Below, in pieces: positions 55,789-64,000 of a stretch of 64,000 nucleotides of DNA (positions are counted from its first letter, which is position 1; every line of letters starts with the position of its first letter). Made by a program: the position numbers and the translations under genes. The stretch is from a virus: the IMG/VR virus record IMGVR_UViG_3300027668_001405, positions 1 to 64,000 of that record; one strand, written 5' to 3'. The notes under the pieces were generated by a model. The model saw only the letters and a list, made by a program, of their open reading frames with translations, searched no databases and had not been told where the DNA came from.

Positions 55789-56467
55789 TAACAATATTTG
55801 GATGTGTGGCATCCCCGGTAGTAGATGGAGCGGAATTGATATACAGATCCGCTCCGTGCTATCGTGCGATCGTTCAGATGAAACACGAGCTAGAACCTTT
55901 TACCATAGAGCATATAACCCCTCGGACAGCAATAACGGACATCGTGGCTCTTATTGGGGACCCGGTATGGGCTGTGGAGAGGACTGGACTGATTTCAATC
56001 ATTTAACAAAAGATAAGATTGAGACTGATATACATAACGTTTTTAACGGAGATGGATATCGAGTTATAAAGAACCATTTCTTAGCTCGTCACTTTAATTT
56101 AGATTACATTTGGAATAACTTTCCAGGTGATAAAATAGTACTCATTTATAGAGAACCTCAAAAGAGTTTTGCATGGTGGAGTGAAGTAATGGATTTTAGT
56201 GATCATCACTACCCAAACTACACGCCAGGATACACAGACTACAACACTATGCGTGAGCTACTTTGGAAAGAGAGTGCAAAAATTACAGACTTTGCACTAC
56301 AAAAAGGAATACAGTTTAAACCATACAATGTATCAGAATTTAAACATTGGAATGGATACGATATTGATATAGCTTCGGAGTATGAGATGATAAATATTAC
56401 TAAGCACAATGATGTATATATTGCATCAGTAACAATACCGGAAAAACTAAATGCAGTCCCCCTTTAA
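55778..56467 (+). CDS. P-loop sulfotransferase-like protein
   Basis: TTG start; IWMCGIPGSRWSG; IVLIYREPQKSFAWW. Confidence 0.5.
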   Translation: MTNSNNIWMCGIPGSRWSGIDIQIRSVLSCDRSDETRARTFYHRAYNPSDSNNGHRGSYWGPGMGCGEDWTDFNHLTKDKIETDIHNVFNGDGYRVIKNHFLARHFNLDYIWNNFPGDKIVLIYREPQKSFAWWSEVMDFSDHHYPNYTPGYTDYNTMRELLWKESAKITDFALQKGIQFKPYNVSEFKHWNGYDIDIASEYEMINITKHNDVYIASVTIPEKLNAVPL

Positions 56468-57155
56468 AACACCATACCATTTTGATAAGTTTAAAACTGA
56501 TCACGAAGGCGAATATTCTAAGAGTATTGGCGTGTTTCAAGGTGATTGGGCTGATGAGATTGTGCATGCAAGAAGCAAGGCTATGGACGAACAGAAATAC
56601 AATACACAACGATACGAACATGCTGCCAATGCTAAGAGCGAGAATCATACAGAAGAAGATAAAGAAAACACAGATGGTAAGCCTTCTGCAATGATGTTCC
56701 GCAAGATAAATTTTGATAAATACCCAGGAGAATTTCCACTATTCCAAAAGATAGTGGAGCATCTAAAGTTTGATACAAGTAAGAAACTGACATGTAAATT
56801 TAATGATCAATATCCAAATGATCAGCTTATGTGGCACATAGACAACTTGCCCGGTAACCCACGTAAGGAACGTGTAATTGACAATCCAGAGTTTAACTAC
56901 GCTAATGACAATAAGATACGTTTTTTAATTACGATGGAAGATTGGGAACCAGGACAGATAATACAGTTTGGTAACAGAATATATACTCAATGGAAAGCAG
57001 GTACTGCTTTTACTTGGGAATGGAGTACGCTACCACACTTAACATGGAACGGCAGTTGGACCAAACGTCCATGTCTACAACTAACAGGAACTGCAACGCC
57101 AGATACATGGAATATTGTAAATGAAGGCAATGCAGAAACAACCTATAAAATTTAA
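56451..57155 (+). CDS. 2OG-Fe(II)/cupin-fold oxygenase-like protein
   Basis: WHID (HxD), IRFLITMEDW, QWKAG, PHLTWNG. Confidence 0.7.
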   Translation: MQSPFKTPYHFDKFKTDHEGEYSKSIGVFQGDWADEIVHARSKAMDEQKYNTQRYEHAANAKSENHTEEDKENTDGKPSAMMFRKINFDKYPGEFPLFQKIVEHLKFDTSKKLTCKFNDQYPNDQLMWHIDNLPGNPRKERVIDNPEFNYANDNKIRFLITMEDWEPGQIIQFGNRIYTQWKAGTAFTWEWSTLPHLTWNGSWTKRPCLQLTGTATPDTWNIVNEGNAETTYKI

Positions 57156-57167
57156 AGGATAATAATT

Positions 57168-58592
57168 ATGGCAGAAAACAAGTTACCCTCGGATACGTTT
57201 TGTATACTACCGTGGATACATTTAAGCACAAGACCAGACGGAAGTATGCGTGTGTGTTGTACAGCTAATGCAAGTGCAGTAGGAGCAACAAATGATAAAG
57301 TACATGGCGGTCGAGTTGGAATTGTAAAAACAGATGATGGTAAACCTGCTAACTTAAACAACAGTGATTTGAATAGTGCGTGGAACAATAGTTACATGCG
57401 TGGCGTTAGACAACAAATGATGGCTGGTGAACAACCACCTAGTTGTGTAAAATGTTATAAAGAAGAAGCGGCTGGACACAGGTCTAAAAGACAGTGGGAA
57501 ACAGACTATTGGATTAAAGACGGTATCGACGTTGAAGATTTAATAAGGGAAACTTACGAAGATGGAAGTACTGATTCTAAACTACGCTATATTGATATCC
57601 GTATGGGGACGAAATGCCAGTTGGGGTGCGTTATGTGTAGCCCACATGACTCTTCAGGCTGGGTAAAAGATTGGAACAAACTATATCCACAAATTACAAA
57701 TGAATCCTTAAAAGAAACTATGAATTGGGATGCTAAAGGTAAGACCTTTGGTGCAAACTATAACTGGCACAAAAACAACCCAACGTTTTGGGATCAGTTT
57801 TATGCACAGATTCCTTATATCAGACAACTATACTTTGCTGGTGGTGAATCAACAGTTATTGAAGAACATTATTCAATCCTATCTAAAGTTATTGAGATGG
57901 GTTACGCACATCAAATTGAAGTGCGTTATAACAGTAATGGTATTGAACTACCAGATCGTTTGCTAGAGCTATGGACACACTTTGAAAAGGTACGTTTCCA
58001 TTACAGTATTGACAGCATTGGTCCAATGAATGATTATATTCGTTATCCAAGTGAATGGTCACATCAGCTAGCAATGTTTGAACGCCTAGATCAAAAGACA
58101 AGTAACAACGTAGAAATTACAATTGCGTGTGCAGTTAATGCACTTAACATTCATTACATTCCAGACTTCCTTAAATGGAAACTTCAGGATAGCGGACTTA
58201 AGAAAACAAATATGTGGCCTTTTGGAGCAGGTGGTATTAACTATCACTTTGTATACTGGCCCGGACATTTGAATGTTAAGATATTGCCAGATGAATTCCT
58301 AGACAAAACAGAAGCCAAGTATGAAGAATTTATTCAATGGTGGAAAGAGAATTGGGAGCTAGGTGTTCCAAGTTGGCATAAGGGTAAAGTAGACTATCAG
58401 AAATGGGAAGATGCTAGTTATGGTATCAAACGTTTACGTGGTATGATTAGCTTTGCTCGTAGTGAAGATTGGACACGCCGACTACCCGAGTTTAGAGAGT
58501 ATATAAACAAGTTAGATGAATTGCGTGGAACAGACTTCCGTGCAACATTCCCAGACATGGCTTACTTGCTTGATGAACCGGATGACACCTGA
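57168..58592 (+). CDS. radical SAM enzyme with N-terminal SPASM/twitch domain (subfamily B)
   Basis: CILPWIH...RVCC, CVKC, DIRMGTKCQLGCVMC, AGGE. Confidence 0.92.
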   Translation: MAENKLPSDTFCILPWIHLSTRPDGSMRVCCTANASAVGATNDKVHGGRVGIVKTDDGKPANLNNSDLNSAWNNSYMRGVRQQMMAGEQPPSCVKCYKEEAAGHRSKRQWETDYWIKDGIDVEDLIRETYEDGSTDSKLRYIDIRMGTKCQLGCVMCSPHDSSGWVKDWNKLYPQITNESLKETMNWDAKGKTFGANYNWHKNNPTFWDQFYAQIPYIRQLYFAGGESTVIEEHYSILSKVIEMGYAHQIEVRYNSNGIELPDRLLELWTHFEKVRFHYSIDSIGPMNDYIRYPSEWSHQLAMFERLDQKTSNNVEITIACAVNALNIHYIPDFLKWKLQDSGLKKTNMWPFGAGGINYHFVYWPGHLNVKILPDEFLDKTEAKYEEFIQWWKENWELGVPSWHKGKVDYQKWEDASYGIKRLRGMISFARSEDWTRRLPEFREYINKLDELRGTDFRATFPDMAYLLDEPDDT

Positions 58593-58788
58593 GGTTCGTA
58601 AAGAGGCCCATCGACGTTTTTGGATGATCAAGGGCCACTTAGCCTGTAAGGATTGGGACGATGATGCATTATACAAAATGCACGAAAGTTACTTGAAGCG
58701 TTTATGGGGTAATGAAGAAGCATACCTTTGGGAAGAAGGTTTTGAAGAAGCATACTTTAAGTTAACAAATGAACAACCATCAAACTAA
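58573..58788 (+). CDS. 71-aa aromatic/acidic small protein between radical SAM genes
   Basis: FWMIKGHL...LWEEGFEEAY; overlaps both neighbours. Confidence 0.65.
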   Translation: MNRMTPEVRKEAHRRFWMIKGHLACKDWDDDALYKMHESYLKRLWGNEEAYLWEEGFEEAYFKLTNEQPSN

Positions 58789-59980
58789 TACAGACACACA
58801 TTGCACACTGCCTTGGAGTGGTGCGGCAGTTGATGCTGGTGGCAGGGTTGTACCTTGTTGTAGATGGATGGGACCACATGGTGACTTAGACAATGCTCCT
58901 AAAATAGCTAATGGATTAGAAAACGCAAGGAACAGTAAGTTCTTTGAAACAGTACGACAAAGTATGTTAGATGGAAAACGTATTAATGGATGTAAGAAAT
59001 GTTGGGAAGAAGAAGATTTCTTTGGTCCTGAACATCAACAGCGTTGGTTACGTTTACAGCACAATCATAACATACAGGCACTGTCAGTTAATGGAGTAGC
59101 AAACATGACTACCACTGCTCCTACAAAGCTACGGTACCTAGAAACAGGTATAAGCAACCTATGTAACTTTGCTTGTGTAATGTGCAACTCTGCAACCAGC
59201 AGTACGATACACAATATAACAGTCAAAGGCAAAATGCCTAAGAGCTTCCATCAAAACAATAGCGTAATAGATTCAGACTTATCAGAGCTACAATATTTGA
59301 AATTTGTAGGTGGTGAGCCCATGATGGAACGCAAGCATGATGAATTATTAGAAAAGGTTGTTGCATTAAACAATAACCCAACATCACTAGAATTAGAGTA
59401 CCATACTAATGCAAGTATATTTCCAAGCGAGCGTGTAACTACTGCATGGAAGAAAGTAAAATCAGTAAGGATTATATTTAGTTTAGACGGTGTGTATGAG
59501 AAATCTAAACTACAGCGTCCAGGTAGATACAAATGGCAAGATGTAGAAGATACAGTACATAAATATGTACAGCTAGCAGACAAAGTTAATATTATATTCT
59601 CAAGCAATACAGTGTTGACAGCATTGAATGTTGGGCAAGTAATAGATATACTTGAATGGTTATACTCGAGAATAGGACACAAACAACTTGGGTGGTTTAA
59701 TGTACATAAACTGTTTAATGAAAGGTTTAAGTATATAGACCTACGTAATATAAGTCAAGAGAAGAAAACTATTATAAGAAAAGAGTTAACAGATTGGGCG
59801 GCAACAGGTCACCCAGCACTAGACACTCCGCTGAAATCAGTGTATAATGAGACTATAGAAGCACTAGATACACCACCTAGTGGTACATTGACTCTTAGTA
59901 GAGAGTTAATATTAGAAAAGCATTTCCAAAATGATATATGGAAGTACTTCAAAGAAGAATTAAAGGACCTAGAAATATAA
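58769..59980 (+). CDS. radical SAM enzyme, subfamily B
   Basis: CTLPW...VPCC, CKKC, SNLCNFACVMC, VGGEP. Confidence 0.92.
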   Translation: MNNHQTNTDTHCTLPWSGAAVDAGGRVVPCCRWMGPHGDLDNAPKIANGLENARNSKFFETVRQSMLDGKRINGCKKCWEEEDFFGPEHQQRWLRLQHNHNIQALSVNGVANMTTTAPTKLRYLETGISNLCNFACVMCNSATSSTIHNITVKGKMPKSFHQNNSVIDSDLSELQYLKFVGGEPMMERKHDELLEKVVALNNNPTSLELEYHTNASIFPSERVTTAWKKVKSVRIIFSLDGVYEKSKLQRPGRYKWQDVEDTVHKYVQLADKVNIIFSSNTVLTALNVGQVIDILEWLYSRIGHKQLGWFNVHKLFNERFKYIDLRNISQEKKTIIRKELTDWAATGHPALDTPLKSVYNETIEALDTPPSGTLTLSRELILEKHFQNDIWKYFKEELKDLEI

Positions 59981-60516
59981 TGAAATACATTTTAGTAGCT
60001 CTAAAAGCAGAATTGCCAGAGCATAATTTAGACCCTACATCATACAAAGTATGGTATACTGGTGTTGGTAAAGTAAATGCATCTATATGGGCAACACTTG
60101 CATGCATACAAAAAGACTGTGAAGCAGTTATTAACTACGGAACAGCAGGTGCATTTAATAGTGAACTAGCAGAACAGTTACTACACATTGGTACAGTAAA
60201 GCAACGTGACATGGATACAAGGCCACAAGCAGAACTAGGTGTTACTCCGTTTGAAGACAGTGGATTTGAAGGTGACATTAAACTTAGTAATAGTGCATAT
60301 ACATGTAGCACTGGTGATAACTTTGTAACAGAGGTTCCAGAATTAGAAAGTGATTGTGTTGATATGGAAGCATATGCAATTGCTAAAGTATGTAAGCACT
60401 TCCAAAAGAATTGCATAGTTTACAAATATATTAGTGACCTAGCAGATTCAGATGCTGCGGCAACGTGGGTAGAGAATCAACACAAAGGAGCAGATGCTTT
60501 TATAGCAATGACCTAG
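59980..60516 (+). CDS. MTA/SAH (5'-deoxyadenosine) nucleosidase-like protein
   Basis: Start 59980; TGVGKVNA, NYGTAG, STGDNFV, DMEAYA, KYISD. Confidence 0.82.
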   Translation: MKYILVALKAELPEHNLDPTSYKVWYTGVGKVNASIWATLACIQKDCEAVINYGTAGAFNSELAEQLLHIGTVKQRDMDTRPQAELGVTPFEDSGFEGDIKLSNSAYTCSTGDNFVTEVPELESDCVDMEAYAIAKVCKHFQKNCIVYKYISDLADSDAAATWVENQHKGADAFIAMT

Positions 60517-60517
60517 T

Positions 60518-61774
60518 ATGAGTGGATTTTGTTCATTACCTTTTGTACAGTACAGCACATATAACGGAGGCCGTTATAGACTTTGTTGTATGGCTAAAGA
60601 ACCAACTACACTTGTTAACCAAGAAGAGTTGGGTATTAATGGTACATGGAATCACGACTATATTAAAGATGTAAGACGTAGAATGACTGCCGGTGAGAAG
60701 TTATCCGAGTGCAGTGAATGCCATCACTTAGAACGTAATGGAATAATGAGTTCACGTCAATGGGAAAACAAAGTATGGGCAGATGTAATTGATGGAATCG
60801 TAGCAGACGCAAGTGCTAATGATTGGGAAGTTGATCAGCCATTACAGTTTGACTTTAGATTAGGAAACCTATGTAACCTACAGTGTCAGATGTGTAACAA
60901 AGAAGCATCACACTTGGTAAGCGTAGAACGTGCGGCAATGATTAAACGTGGACTAGGAGCTGACCACCCAGATTGGGAAGGACAGATTGCAAGCAAGAAA
61001 GAAGCACTTCTGCAACCTGGAATTGATTGGGTAGACTTTAAAGCCATGTTACCATATGCTCGTAAGATAAAACTAATAGGTGGCGAACCTACAGTAGCAA
61101 CAGATATGTTTAAGCTACTAGATATTGCAACAGAAAGCGGACACGCAGAACACATTGAATTAAGCTTCTACACAAATATTACAAACATGCAAGACAAGTG
61201 GCTAGCTCAGTTAGCTAAGTTTGAGAAAGTCATTGTTAACTGTTCACTAGAAGGAATGGGCGACATGAATGACTATTTGCGTCCACCTAGTAAATGGGCT
61301 AGTGTGTGGAAGAACTTTGATAAATTAGTACAGTTTGCTGATACTAAACCGGGTAAGCGTATTAAGGTACGGGTTACTACAGTAAACCAAATGACTAATG
61401 CATTGCACATAGTTCCTTTTTGGAAGTTTATGCATGATTACCAGATGACTAGTAATAGAGGCATTGGAATGAGTACCAATCAGCTAGTGGAGCCTGCTTA
61501 CTACAGCATGGCACATGCACCTGAATGGTTGAAAGAACAACAACGTGAACAGATTTTGGAATTTCTTAAGTCCATTGACAACAGCCCTCACTTTGAGCAA
61601 TATGAAGAACCACTCATGGAAGTGGTTAACTTTAGTCTTGATAGTGAGCACAAGTTTGATGCTAACATCATGCAACAATATGTCAAGGTCACCGAAAACT
61701 ACGACAGATTCAGAGGACACATGGTTACCAAAGTGTCTCCCGAATTTGAACGAATTAAAAAAGACTCCGAGTGA
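60518..61774 (+). CDS. radical SAM enzyme, subfamily B
   Basis: CSLPF...RLCC, CSEC, DFRLGNLCNLQCQMC, IGGEP. Confidence 0.92.
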   Translation: MSGFCSLPFVQYSTYNGGRYRLCCMAKEPTTLVNQEELGINGTWNHDYIKDVRRRMTAGEKLSECSECHHLERNGIMSSRQWENKVWADVIDGIVADASANDWEVDQPLQFDFRLGNLCNLQCQMCNKEASHLVSVERAAMIKRGLGADHPDWEGQIASKKEALLQPGIDWVDFKAMLPYARKIKLIGGEPTVATDMFKLLDIATESGHAEHIELSFYTNITNMQDKWLAQLAKFEKVIVNCSLEGMGDMNDYLRPPSKWASVWKNFDKLVQFADTKPGKRIKVRVTTVNQMTNALHIVPFWKFMHDYQMTSNRGIGMSTNQLVEPAYYSMAHAPEWLKEQQREQILEFLKSIDNSPHFEQYEEPLMEVVNFSLDSEHKFDANIMQQYVKVTENYDRFRGHMVTKVSPEFERIKKDSE

Positions 61775-61810
61775 TTACTCTTGGACATGTAAATGGAGAG
61801 TTAGATTCTA

Positions 61811-63019
61811 ATGAACTTTGGTTTTAAAAGTTATAACAGTTGGGACCCACTAAAGAAAGTATTGTTGGGTAGTACACTACCTGAGGGCTTCTTTGCAGAT
61901 TTCCCAGACCCTAAAGTAGCAGATGCTATGACTACAGTTAACGAGGAAACTCGTGAAGACTTAAACAACTTGCAATCAGTATTTGAGAGCAAGGGCATTG
62001 AAGTACATAGGATGCCAGAAGCATGTGTATTAAAGAATAGAAGGTTTAACAGTGTAGCTGAATTTATAGACATGCATGGATATATTCCTAAACCTTTTAA
62101 TGCACCAAGAGATGACCAAATCATTTTTGGAGAGCATATGATTACAGGAACATCAAATCCTGTACATAGAATATTCCATGGTACTAGAGAAGATACATTT
62201 AACATATTTGATAAAAAAGCACCCTGGGCAGGCTGTGATGATTTAATTGATATTGCAGATCCCAATCAAGAACTAAACATAATTGAAGCAGTTGGCAAAC
62301 CTAACTTTACAATGAGTTGGCCTAGTATTATGAGAGCAGGCAAGGACATTATAATTGATATACATGATTTTAATGGACCTACTAGACAGCTAGCTGAAAA
62401 CTGGGTAGACCGTTTTAATGAGAAGTTTGGTTATAAGTTTAGAATTAATACAACTACAATGGGTGGACACACTGACGCAGTAATGGCACTTGTTAAACCT
62501 GGGCTTATAATAAGTCATGTTAATGTAAACAAGTATGAAGAAACATTTCCAGGTTGGGATGTAATTAAAATAGATAGAACACACAACGATCATACAGTAG
62601 CTTGGAACGAATTCCGTATCTCAGAAAAAGATAAATGGAGAGGTAACAAACTAAATCCAGTAGCAGATTATTGGATTGCAGGACAAGAACACAACGTAGC
62701 ATTGAATAAATTTATTGACTTATACATGCACCCTAGCGTTGGCAGTTGTTTTGAAACAAACTTTGATGTAAACTGTGTAAGCATAGACGCTAATACAGTA
62801 GTTGCAAGTGGACCTAGTAAAGTGTTAGAAGATAAGCTAGGCAAGCACAACGTAGATGTAATTACGTCTAACATGAGGCACAGATTCTTTTGGGATGGTG
62901 GCTTACATTGTGCTACAGTTGATTTATACCGTGAAGGCGAGATGGAAGATTACTTTCCTGAACGCAGTGCAGGAGTTGATTTTGGTAAAGTGTGGGGCAA
63001 TAACGAAACACGCCGGTAA
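61811..63019 (+). CDS. amidinotransferase (pentein superfamily)
   Basis: NSWDPLKKV, PRD, GHTD, RHRFFWDGGLHC. Confidence 0.85.
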   Translation: MNFGFKSYNSWDPLKKVLLGSTLPEGFFADFPDPKVADAMTTVNEETREDLNNLQSVFESKGIEVHRMPEACVLKNRRFNSVAEFIDMHGYIPKPFNAPRDDQIIFGEHMITGTSNPVHRIFHGTREDTFNIFDKKAPWAGCDDLIDIADPNQELNIIEAVGKPNFTMSWPSIMRAGKDIIIDIHDFNGPTRQLAENWVDRFNEKFGYKFRINTTTMGGHTDAVMALVKPGLIISHVNVNKYEETFPGWDVIKIDRTHNDHTVAWNEFRISEKDKWRGNKLNPVADYWIAGQEHNVALNKFIDLYMHPSVGSCFETNFDVNCVSIDANTVVASGPSKVLEDKLGKHNVDVITSNMRHRFFWDGGLHCATVDLYREGEMEDYFPERSAGVDFGKVWGNNETRR

Positions 63020-63066
63020 ATTAATTGCATAAATATAATTATCAACGCATATAATAAAGGAAAACA

Positions 63067-63945
63067 ATGACTCGCATAGCTAAAGATATTACAGCAGGCA
63101 AGGACTTCATAGTCCATGTATTCGATGCATCTGAAGTTGACGTCAACGACAATTATAGATTATACGAAGCGTTTGAAAGTGGATGGCCTGTAGTTATTAA
63201 GAACTATAAAATAGAAGGACTTGATTACGATTACTATGATAATTTACCAGACTGGAATATTACAGATAACAAATGGGTAATGCCCTGGTACAATAGTCAT
63301 ATTAAGGCTCGTGACAGACTACGTAACGAGCGTGACTGGAGTGAAGATGAAATAGATTTGTTCCATAAAAAGCACAAACAATCAAACAAGGCATGGACTG
63401 ATAGTTTCGATAATATGTTTCCACAGTATAACACGACTGAGAAAATGCTCAGTCACAGGTACAATACATTAGTAGAGAACAAACTACACTTAGACGAGCT
63501 GGACGAACAGCATACTGGTAATGAACAGCAAATGCGTATGTTTGTACAGCTAGATAAAAAACGTCCTAGAGTATTATCATTTGGTCCTGACTTGGAAAAA
63601 ATGTACAATGATTACAAAGATGAGTTTAACTTGGGTGAGATTGACAAAAGCAATACACACAAATTTATAACTGAGATGCGTGATCGTTGTGTATGGAACG
63701 ACAAGGCTTGGGACCAGTTTCATCACCCACTACATTACATAACGTTTGATCCAGGTGACATTTGGTTCTTTAATGCACAATGGATTACACATCAAATTGT
63801 GTTTGGTACTAAGCTACAATGCTTTGAATGTGATATTCAAAACGATAGCTTACTACACCCAGAGTGGGCAATGAAGCAAAGAATACAAACTTTAGATAAC
63901 AACGACAATTCAGCATGGGGCGGTACTACCGTCAGCATGGAATAA
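63067..63945 (+). CDS. Kdo-hydroxylase-like Fe(II)/2OG oxygenase
   Basis: LHLDE, MRMFVQLD, FDPGDIWFFNAQWITHQIVFG. Confidence 0.55.
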   Translation: MTRIAKDITAGKDFIVHVFDASEVDVNDNYRLYEAFESGWPVVIKNYKIEGLDYDYYDNLPDWNITDNKWVMPWYNSHIKARDRLRNERDWSEDEIDLFHKKHKQSNKAWTDSFDNMFPQYNTTEKMLSHRYNTLVENKLHLDELDEQHTGNEQQMRMFVQLDKKRPRVLSFGPDLEKMYNDYKDEFNLGEIDKSNTHKFITEMRDRCVWNDKAWDQFHHPLHYITFDPGDIWFFNAQWITHQIVFGTKLQCFECDIQNDSLLHPEWAMKQRIQTLDNNDNSAWGGTTVSME

Positions 63946-63957
63946 CAAGGAATAATA

Positions 63958-64000
63958 ATGAATAAACCAGTAAACGCATGGAGCGAGTTTCAACCATTAC
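63958..64000 (+). CDS. second amidinotransferase (5' fragment, partial)
   Basis: MNKPVNAWSEFQPL resembles the NSWDPL start of 61811; AAGGA SD. Confidence 0.5.
   Translation, partial: MNKPVNAWSEFQPL

Noticed and set aside
51133-63030. Shared AAATTAATTGCA 12-mer at 51133 and 63018
   Set aside because: Short and AT-rich with only two copies in different promoter contexts; compatible with chance.
1-64000. Stop-codon reassignment as seen in some large phages
   Set aside because: Recognisable enzymes are full length under the standard code, and TAG, TGA and TAA all end genes at sensible positions.
1-64000. tRNA, rRNA, integrase, transposase, intron or intein
   Set aside because: No cloverleaf or T-loop signature in the few gaps, no recombinase motifs, and conserved genes (thyX, metK, rnh, queE) are uninterrupted. 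This was by eye only; tRNAscan would settle it.

Overview
AT-rich, densely coded 64 kb segment of a large lytic dsDNA tailed phage, not a cellular chromosome. Evidence for phage origin: T4-type gp45-like sliding clamp and RNase H, thyX, tdk, a MazG-like protein, many small hypothetical ORFs, 15 near-consensus sigma70 promoters and T4-late-like ATAAATA boxes. The host is probably Gram-negative, inferred from a TctC/TctA transporter, beta-barrel proteins ending in Phe and a Kdo-hydroxylase-like gene. Almost all genes are on the + strand. I found no tRNA, rRNA, CRISPR array, integrase, transposase or obvious virion structural gene. The window is dominated by accessory biochemistry. (1) A 7-deazaguanine DNA-modification set (TGT/DpdA-like, QueD-paralogue, folE, queE; no queC seen) is interleaved with a GT-B glycosyltransferase, galE and a phosphoribosyltransferase. 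(2) There are seven radical SAM/SPASM enzymes of unknown function in two subfamilies, plus metK, sufE, a peroxiredoxin and an MTA/SAH nucleosidase that could sustain them. (3) A candidate biosynthetic cluster at 55.8-64 kb encodes a sulfotransferase-like protein, a 2OG oxygenase, three radical SAMs, two amidinotransferases and a Kdo-hydroxylase-like enzyme. (4) A dispersed glycan-tailoring kit includes a carbamoyltransferase, APS kinase-like, ugd-like, PMM-like, glycosyl- and methyltransferases. (5) Envelope proteins include a six-gene secreted module with a Cys/Tyr repeat protein, a subtilisin autotransporter-like protein and HtrA. My best candidate for an undescribed system is a phage-encoded, apparently late-expressed radical-SAM/glycan-tailoring pathway. 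All family calls come from reading motifs by eye; no database search was run.
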